Below, in pieces: positions 54,894 to 64,000 of a DNA stretch of 64,000 nucleotides; position 1 is the first letter of the stretch, and every line of letters starts with the position of its first letter. The position numbers were made by a program, and so were the translations under genes. Source of the DNA: Eledone cirrhosa. Taxonomy: Eukaryota. Below the pieces are notes generated by a model that was given only the letters and a program-made list of their open reading frames with translations, had not been told where the DNA came from and searched no databases. The stretch lies in NCBI GenBank assembly GCA_964016885.1, contig OZ024740.1:380556001-380620000 (forward strand). The letters are read 5' to 3'.

Positions 54894-56052
54894 CATACTT
54901 AACCTCTTTGCATGTGTGAATGTTTGTGTGTATAGGGAAGTCTTTGTTCCGCTCTGAAAATCTCTTAGTATGATATTGAATGTAAGAAAGAATATCAATT
55001 TTTCTACTTCGTTCGGTCTTTCATTGTTTATTTCTTACCTCTTTTCCTTCGTTGCATTCTTTTTTTATCTTTTTCTTTCTTCATTTATTTTTTTTTTTAC
55101 ATACTTCTGACTTTGACTTGAATGTGGTGTGTGGCATAGTGGTTAGGGGTGTTTGCTTTACGATCATGAAATCCAGGTTTCGATTCCAAGACTATGTGAT
55201 GCAAGGTGTCCTTGAGAAAGGCACTACCGTCAACGCTGCTCTAATTCACTCAGCTGAAATTCAGTACCAGCAGCTCTTTGATGGACTGCCTTCCCGTTCA
55301 GTCGTTGGTATCGGGACAAGCCCTGCGCTTCGTGCAGGCATGAAAAACATACATAAAAACGATAACACTTAACTCATGAATATTGTCTGTCCTCTGAGGA
55401 ATTATTTGATTCTTTGTTTTGGTGTATGTATATATGAAAAGGTGGCAAACCTGCAGAGTCATTAGAACGTCAGAAAGTATGTTTTGTCGTATTTGTTCTG
55501 CTTCTCGGTACTCTGGTTTCAAAACCCGCTGAGAACAACTTTTCCTTTTAATCCTTTCGAGGTCGATTAACAAAATCATAGACGCCCCAATGATTTCACC
55601 AGCAGTTACGGGTAAGTGCGTCCAAACATATATATGCATATGTCCATATATGTATATATATATATGTATGCGTTTAGCAATGAAAGATCTGGTTTCTATT
55701 TAATACATATTATTGAAATTTTTCTTTAAGCTTTATGTCTTTATTAGAGAGCTATGTACAATTGTTTGTAAATATTATCTGAGCACAATCGAGAATTATA
55801 ATTCGGTTAAAATATGATAAGATACACTCTGTTGAGTTTAAGTGCGTCTTATTTCCCAGAGATAAAACTCTTATGCATTTATTCCCTTGTTGAATACTTT
55901 ACGAATATCAGCTCTGTTGAAAAAAAAAAAAATTATCCACTTCGTCAGGTTTGACTGATCCAATCGATTGTTAATCTAACTCGTTAGTGATAAGGGACAT
56001 TTGTCTAGGTAAGCAACCTGATCAGATACTTAACACCGAAGTAATACCATGT

Positions 56053-56104
56053 CTTCTTCTTCTTCTTCTTCTTCTTCTTCTTCTTCTTCTTCTTCTTCTT
56101 CTTC
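56053..56104 (+). repeat. (TTC)n microsatellite
   Basis: Direct reading. Confidence 0.95.
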
Positions 56105-56845
56105 AGCGCTTCTGGTAACATGTAACACAGTACAACCTGGGCATGGTCGGGTCGTCGGCAACTAAACCGGCAGCCCCATCAATCTTTCTTGGTGAGGAGG
56201 GTGATTTTGGACACTATGCGGGCTGAAAAACAAGACCCGTCAAAGGGTCATCCAATAATGTTTTTTTTCTTTGTGATGGTAAAACCTTCTAGTCCTCATT
56301 AAGACATCTCTTTAGGAGAAGGTACTCTGATATAAAACCTTTGACTTCGTTTGTATCCAATGATGTAGACTAGTTCTACCTTTTGGGTAAATGCATTCGA
56401 TGATCAGAGAGTGACATTGGCCTTGTGCAAAGCCTTTCCTAACTTTAAAAAGCTTCAAGCACAGGCATCGCTTGATATGTGACATATTTTGCGATGCATG
56501 GCATTGCTATAAACTGTTAAATAGTTAGTAGCAGTGTTTGGTCATTATTCAAACAATGTAGTATGTTCTCTGGTAAAGAGAAAGACGTGAATATTTTTTC
56601 AAATCTGGTTCCTCCATTAAGGTTAAGACATATTTGCGCCCCATTTTGAGAGTTTATACATTCCAACGAAGTTTTAGTAGGAGAATCTGAAGGTGTTTGG
56701 CTAGAGCCTTTCTACAATATATTTAGAAGAATTATAGAGGAACCATCAAAGTATGTGCTGTATTCAAATTCGGTTTACCTATGGTAAATATTACAGCATT
56801 TTTAAGTATCACTTTATTTGATGATGGGTTCTCTTTTAGATAGTA

Positions 56846-57520
56846 CTAGCAGTGGTACACGGCGTTGCACGGGATACGGTATTTTGGAACGCGGGCTGCC
56901 AACAGACCCAATCGTGGAAAAAGTGCATGCCTGGACAATATGTAAAGAAAATAAACCGAATACTCTGATGGCTGGATAATCTTTAAGATTTTCCTCGATG
57001 AAGCAGGAAAAATGCAGGTTTTCACTTAATGCGGGCCTTAAGGGATCAAGAAAATGAAATTTTTTTATGTGCATAATATGCTTTGAAATTTCGGGAAAAT
57101 CGGCTCGACGTAACGCCTTCAAAAAGCTCTAAAAAGCTGAAAAAATGAAGTTTTTCACCTAATGCGGGCCCTAGGCCATAAAAAATGTTAGATTTTCTTT
57201 GCTCACGGTATGAGGAAGAGACTGACTAATACAATTACAATTTCAAGGAAATCGGTCTGACGTAACGCCTCAAAAAACCCTAAAAAGCTTTAAAAAACGC
57301 AGTTTTTCACCTAATGCAGGCCCTAGGAGATCAAAATGTTTAATTTTTTTTATGTGCATATCACTCCCTGAAACATAAGTAATACACATGTAAAGTTTGA
57401 AAAAAATCGGTTGGGTACTTCTCGATTTTAGGGATTTACACACACACACACACACAGACATCCCCAGGGAAGTGACGTAATGCAGACAGCCAGACAAACA
57501 GACAGATATTATAAGGGCGC
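56846..57520 (-). mobile_element. Non-autonomous Helitron-like element with ~130-150-bp internal tandem repeats
   Basis: Minus-strand 3' end CCCGTGCAACGCCGTG...CTAG-T; TTTTCACYTAATGCRGGCCYTA repeated at ~57019, ~57151 and ~57303; (TCTG)n near the 5' end. Confidence 0.7.
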
Positions 57521-57807
57521 GACGTTATATGCATGTATCTATCTAATAAGAGAAAGACTAAGAATTATAGAGAGAGATCGCTAAATCGCCTAATGCGGTC
57601 CCTAAGGCATTGAACATTTGAAATTCTTTTTGCTCAGAACCAATGCAATTTTGAAAATTCTATTGGGTTTTATATTTAGATTGTTTCTTACTATTAGAAG
57701 TGTAAATTAGACATTCCTTTCAAAGAGTAACTCGATTTTGTAATATGTAAAATCTGCAAAATAAGCAATCTGTAAAATACTTCCACTTGAGATTATTCAT
57801 TCTATAA

Positions 57808-58024
57808 AGGCAGTGGATTGGCAGTATCGGCAGAGGGTCGGGCGCCATGCTTTGCAGCATATAGTTACGTCCCTTTATGATATGAGTTCAAATCCCGCCG
57901 ATGTTAACTTTGCCTTTCATCCTTACGGGGTCGCTAAAATAAAGTACCAGTCATGCACTGGGTCGATTTAATCAACTTCTCCCTCCCTCCAAATTGCTGG
58001 CCTTGTTCATATATAAGAAACCAT
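57808..58024 (+). mobile_element. SINE family A
   Basis: Full-length; TSD ATTATTCA(T/C)TCTATA on both sides. Confidence 0.85.
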
Positions 58025-58254
58025 TATTCACTCTATAGCTTCCGTTTTTGTTTTTGTATTTTACTGCTCTCTCCTGTTTGAGGTAACATTTTATTTATTT
58101 CTCAAATACTAGGCATGGCATTCTTAAATGTCTTTTTCCTTGCCGTTGATTTGTCCATTTAAGTGATTTGAGAACTTCATCTCACGGGATTTATATGACC
58201 CTGGGATTTTTCTCTCTAGGATATTTCATGTATACAGTATAGCTTGCATTACTG

Positions 58255-58765
58255 ACATTATCATCCAGCGGCCTCAGCCGAATCGACTCGACAATTGATC
58301 TCCACGAGGGTCTGTCGTTAATTGCCGTTGCCAAGACCTGGATTTCAATACTAGAATCTCTGTTGATGACATCGGCATAGGAGAGCTTGCGAACCATGTT
58401 ATTAGTGACTACTTGTGGTTTCCAAAGCACTAATGGGGACACAGCTTCGTAGGTGGTACGATGGCAGTGGCCAGCAAATCTTACTCTCCTTTTACGTACG
58501 ACAGATATGCATGGGAGGTCGGCATATATTTCTTTCAAAGTCAGATGTTGCCAGCTTATATTCTGAATTCATCGAAGTAGGCGAGTGTAGGTGCCACCAA
58601 GGCGCATTTGTTGTTTGGAAGAAAGCGTCCATGTTTCACTTCCATATAATAAGATTGGTTGAAATGTTACTTGGACGAGACTGATTTTGGTGTGGTTGGA
58701 AAGATTTGAGCGCCAAACTCGATCCATCTTGTTGCAAGCTGACCATAAAATTGGTTGTTTAATGC
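58255..58765 (-). mobile_element. RTE-like LINE 3' fragment
   Basis: PILLYGSETWTL...YTRLLR...RRVRFAGHCHR. Confidence 0.85.
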
Positions 58766-58959
58766 CCAGCATAGACAGAATATTATGGTAGATCAGCCTG
58801 GAAATTTCCTTTACAATTTCAATTTTTTCCAGTTATTTAACTGGAAAGTTGGTTTGGACAAAGTTAAATATTAAGGTATAGATTATTTTGTAAATTTTGT
58901 TCATTCTATAATGATTTTTTTGTTGTTGTTAGAAAATATTACAGGTGTTACCTCCCCCA

Positions 58960-58994
<35 letters not shown>

Positions 58995-61820
58995 TTAGGA
59001 ATTTGTTTATAATATAAACCATCGACAAAAACGTAAAGCAACGCGAAGGTCAAAGACTATTTTAAATTCGTTCTTCTTTATACAATGGTACATGTTGTTT
59101 TCAGGTATCACTTTCCAAGCCGATTAGGACAATTGTCATTGACACGATAGAGTGGCGTGAAGGGCCATAACCGAAAACTCATTGACAGTAATATAACTCT
59201 GACACACAATTTTCTTATGCCATCCCGAGGATAGATATGTAATAGTTTTTGGTTTCGTGTCTATCTGTTAGTAACTTACGTGGCAATACAGTACTGATAA
59301 GTAACTGAGAATATAAAAGAAAAACAATGATAAAAGATGAGTTAGTCAAAGTTGTTAGAAGTGTTTTATTTCATAGAGAAAAGCTAACTAAAAATATATA
59401 CAAAGCATTAAAAAAGGAAAGATTTACCTTAAATTCATAAAACAAAATTAATAATAAACAAAAAAGTTAACATTTCTGTAAATGTATATTTTCATAAATT
59501 GTATTAAGGCATCACTCTAGTGACAGATGAATGTTGTTCTTTCTTTTGTTATTGTTTAACCTCAGGTCAGCCGTAATGAGCGAAGACATTCTATCCATGA
59601 TCATCCCGTCTTTGTGGTTTATTTAAAACAAACATTATCCAATATGTCCTTTCTAAAAAACAACAAAACCGGTAGGATGTAATTGTTGAAAGAATTGCCT
59701 ATTATTTCTGGTATATCAAGTGATCACGTAGAGGCTACCATCGGGGCCTGACCGGCTGCTTCCTCTATGCACCGGTCTCCATCGAGACCTCTGGCCTCCT
59801 TGGTCTCTGCACTGCTTATTTCCTCTATAAAGTTCGAAAGTCGATGGCCCTCTTGAGGAGGGAGCCCTGTGAGGTGGGGTGGCTGTTGCAGCGGGTGTCT
59901 CTGTTCATTCTCCGCGATAACGCTTTTGTCATTTTGTCCGTGGGGCGCGGCTGAGTCAACACTCCGACTGGGTGTAGTGACTATCCCTCCCCTATCTCCC
60001 TTTCTTTTATCGCTTGACCCTTCTTTCCGTTTCTTTTTCTCCTTTTCCGTTCCCTTTAATAGTGTATTCTGCCTTCCCTTCTGCTCAATATGTACTTGTA
60101 CTTTACATTGATTAATAAATATATATTTTACGTATTAAAAAAAGATTATAAATATTCTTCTTATATATATCACAATATCCTCATCTTTTAGTTTTAAGTG
60201 TTCTTGCATTAACCTGTTTTGAATCTATTGTACTGGAAATACATAATTATCAAAACTCTTATACAACGAGATCTAGTCATATCAAAGCCTCTCCTAAGTT
60301 GTATAGTTGATAACAGCTATTATTTAGCTTCAGTATCATGGTGTTAAATGAATGAGAATAATGTGTGTAGGTATGGACATGTAGCTAATCACACCTTATG
60401 TTCTGAGTTTAAATCTCACCGTGTTCAATTTTCTTTTTTTTTTCTTTTGGGTTCTGGGGTTGATACAATAAAATACCAGTGAGGCCCTGAGATCAACGTA
60501 AACAAATGTACCCTCCCCACAAGTTATGTACTGTTGTGCTTCTGCTATATAGTATACTCCCGGCATAGCTTTGGTCTCAGACGGTAATTGGTCACACAAG
60601 CCAATCTAGGAGAATCTCGATACAGTTGAACATTAACCATAACCAGAGCTGACGTCAAATCTCATCAGAAATAAGTTAGTTCTTTTTTTTTCTTTCTCGA
60701 TATTATTAATTTCAACTTTTTCCTTTTTATTTCTGTATCCCAGAACCACCACATATCATATATTCAATTTTTTCAGATTTGTTAAATTCTTTGTTTCTTG
60801 GTTTCTTTGTATTTTTAGTTATTTTCTTTCTTTCTTTCCTTCGTTTAATTCTATCTTATCCCATTCTTCCTTTCCTTATTCCCTTTTTTCAACTGATATA
60901 CAATTTCCGTTGTTATATAACAACCTCCATATTGTTATGTAGAGAACATATCACTAAATCTCTCACCAAATTGTTATTTGTTATTGCTTTCACTTCGTAT
61001 TTTGGTTTTGATTATTTATTCAAACTTCCACTTGTACTAATCACAACGCCAGATAAATGTCACCTATCCAGACAAAGAAAGTATTATGACTAATATAAGA
61101 TAGGAGATTTAAAGGCCTTTTGTTGCAACGGATTTTGGCATTATTGCTGTTGTTGCTGCTGCTGTTATGACTTCTGCTGTTATTATTGGTGTTGAGAATA
61201 TTAAGGTGCAATAGTTGTAGGAAGTATTATAATGCTTCAGTGTAGAAATAATGTCTGAACACGCTGTCATATTCATATACGGTCATAGGTTCAGATATTT
61301 CTAGATCGTGTTGTACCTATGGTGAAAGACACACAATGACTGTTTTGTCTCAGTTGACAATAGTTTCAGCTCCCACTTCAAAGTAATCGTAATAGTTGCA
61401 GCTGTAAAAACAAATGATCGACCACGAGCTAGCAAGACAGCTTCTACTCAGTCGAGATTTGTAAAATATTGCAGCCAAATCATTCCCAAATACTCCCAAA
61501 TACAACCAGTAAAGAAAACATGGTCATTATGGTGTGAAGGCTGATTGAACAATGAATAGACGACAGAAGGAAGTGGCTCTCGCATGTGCAAGTGCTGTCA
61601 GAGAACGATTGTACTATTAATCTTCACAAAGTGTGTTCTATAACACCTATGAGTTAATTGTTTTATAAAACCTTCAGAATAATCATACATTCACTTCAAA
61701 AGGACACTATTTACAAATAGTCCAGGAAAATACACTTTATTGGAGAATTAACAATAACACTTCATACCCAAATATATTCTTTGCAAACAGGATTAAAAAA
61801 TCTTTAAATTGTATAATAAT

Positions 61821-62007
61821 TGTTTCTACGTTTGGCACAAGGCCAGCAATTATCCCAGTGTATTACTGGTACTTTATTTTATCGACCTCGTAAGGATGAA
61901 AGGCAAAGTTAACCTAGGCGGGATTTGAACTCAGACCATAAAGGGCCGTAACTCTTTGCTGCAAAGCTTGGCGTCAGACCCTCTACCAATACTGTCAATC
62001 CACCGTC
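61821..62007 (-). mobile_element. SINE family A
   Basis: Full-length; TSD CTTTAAAT(T/A)GTATAATAAT at 61802-61820 and 62008-62026. Older copies at ~10900-11050, 27950-28090, 33140-33325, 47045-47163 and 55430-55600. Confidence 0.85.
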
Positions 62008-64000
62008 CTTTAAATAGTATAATAATAAAAAGCATATTAGAACGAAACCTTTATGGAACTAAACGACTTTTATCACCACTCACGACCTACCAGAAAATAA
62101 AACACTTTTCAAATGATGTTAAAATCAGATTAAACAAAGCCTTTGACTACAGGATGACCTTATAACGTACGTAAAAGCTTAAATATATACATTTCATAGC
62201 TAATAAACAACGACTCTAAATAAAATAATGCAGGTTTTCAGAATAAAAACTAGCAACACGAAGCACTTTAATATAATAAACACAAACACAGTCACACACA
62301 TTAACTCATTCACACACACACACGCACGCACACATTGGCATTAGTAACATATACAGTCCTCAGCTCTAAGTCACAACTATATTCAGTTCCTGCATTACTT
62401 GCAAACCTAATGTAGAAAATTTATGATAGCTTCAACAACAAAAGCCTAATCACACGCACCATTCTTACTACCATAAAAACGACCGATATGTTCCATTATA
62501 ACTCGACATTACCAAAACTTTAGACTCCATTCCCCCATTAAATAATTCGACACAACCTAAAAAATAACACAAAGCACTGGTTATCAAACTGTCTCATTTC
62601 GCTTAGTTTATGTAGTATACATGTACAGCGTTTCCAGAACTTACAATTTCTCGAAAGGTACACTAAAGAGATCCATTCTCTTACAAAACCGTTTCAACTT
62701 ATACGAACACAATCTGCCACACAACACAAAATACACAGACTGCCTCATACACAGATGACATCAAACTCACATCCACTTACCATTTTCGAAACATTGTTGC
62801 ACACATACTCCACCCCTAGATACATCACCTAGAAACGTAGCTATAGAACAACAGACTTAAAGTAACACTTACAAAATCCACTGTCTTCCTTCTTATCGAC
62901 AACACCCCCATGTATTTAACTAACCATCACACTCAACAACATAAACATACAGTGCACACATACAAGACAAACATACTAAATATGACGTAAAACTCCTTCA
63001 CAAATTTCACAACATACATAGAAGACATATTAAAGAAAGCAAAACAAGGTACAAACAAATTAAAAACAACCAGAAGTATCATATTTGTCTAAAAGAAAGG
63101 AAAATAAACAATTGCGTACAAACAGTTCAAACAGAATCACAAAAGACTATGCCAGTCCAGCCTGGGCCCGTTATTCCTCTACACGAAAGCACAATAAACT
63201 AGTCAGAACACACTTCACATCATAACAGCTAATACCCCCGTCCCAAGGAAATCTATATAACGAAACAAATTTTACAAACAATGAATGACCATGTGAGGGT
63301 TAGTTTATTTTTGCAGCAAACTTCAAACCTAACAGTCTCTGTCGCTCTGTGAAAACTACCTTCAAACACACAGATGCATATAAAATATCAGAGTATTGCT
63401 ATAGCACACTAAATTCACTAATTTTCCCATTGAACACTGACATATACAAATAACTACATCAATCACTGTACTGGCATCACAAACAATAATTACAAAAGAC
63501 CAAAGCAACTATCACGCTCTGATTGTTTCGAACTTGTCGACTCCGGAGTAGATGTGCATACTTTGAGTACATGAGCAAAGGTTGATAGAATTGCACGCAG
63601 TTAAACATGTCGTGTTGGTCTCCTGACATTTAATCTTTATGGCTGAAAAGACCAACTTCTGAAATGTACAATGATCACAAATAGTACATGCAAAATTGCC
63701 CCAGATTCTTCTATCGCAGTCACGGGCAAACAACGGTCCGTTTGGCTTTCTGAATGGCACTCCTAATTTCAAAATTGATTTGAAATGTTTGTAGATCGGC
63801 TCGCTTTATGATGAGCCACATCCTATGTAACCCACTGTTCGAAAAGTTTGCCCTTACCTGTTCTATCGTATGGAACTTCAACAGTTTGCAGTTTTCGGGG
63901 ACCACGTTTCACTATGTAATTGGCAATTCGATTTTACTCAAAGTTGTTTGTGGTTACCGACAGTCATTCATTTCTATTCAGTGTAAGATGATTCCGATTT

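Overview
This is AT-rich, microsatellite- and repeat-dense eukaryotic DNA, most consistent with a coleoid cephalopod (Octopus-like; inferred from repeat style and composition, not verified). Almost all listed ORFs are spurious or are decayed retroelement pieces. The only host gene I can support is the 5' part of a WDR45B/WIPI3 (PROPPIN autophagy) orthologue on the minus strand: three coding exons of 67, 75 and 102 nt with canonical GT-AG sites, and an ETS + ZNF143-like promoter at ~27.15-27.19 kb. The gene body (1-~25 kb) is strongly CpG-depleted, while the upstream 37 kb is not. The rest is SINEs, RTE/Tx1/I-Jockey-like LINE fragments, hAT and mariner MITEs, Helitron pieces and many local fold-back duplications. 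The main hidden signal is a set of type-I hammerhead ribozyme motifs (CUGANGA...GAAA, GUA cleavage triplet, palindromic stem III). They occur in at least three unrelated ~0.4-0.5 kb non-coding units embedded in (TA)n tracts, arranged as tandem, inverted or terminally redundant copies (43.6-44.8, 44.9-45.5 and 54.2-54.7 kb). A possible fourth, folded back on its own core, lies at 38.2-38.4 kb. These look like Penelope-type pLTRs or retrozyme-like, potentially circular-RNA-forming elements.
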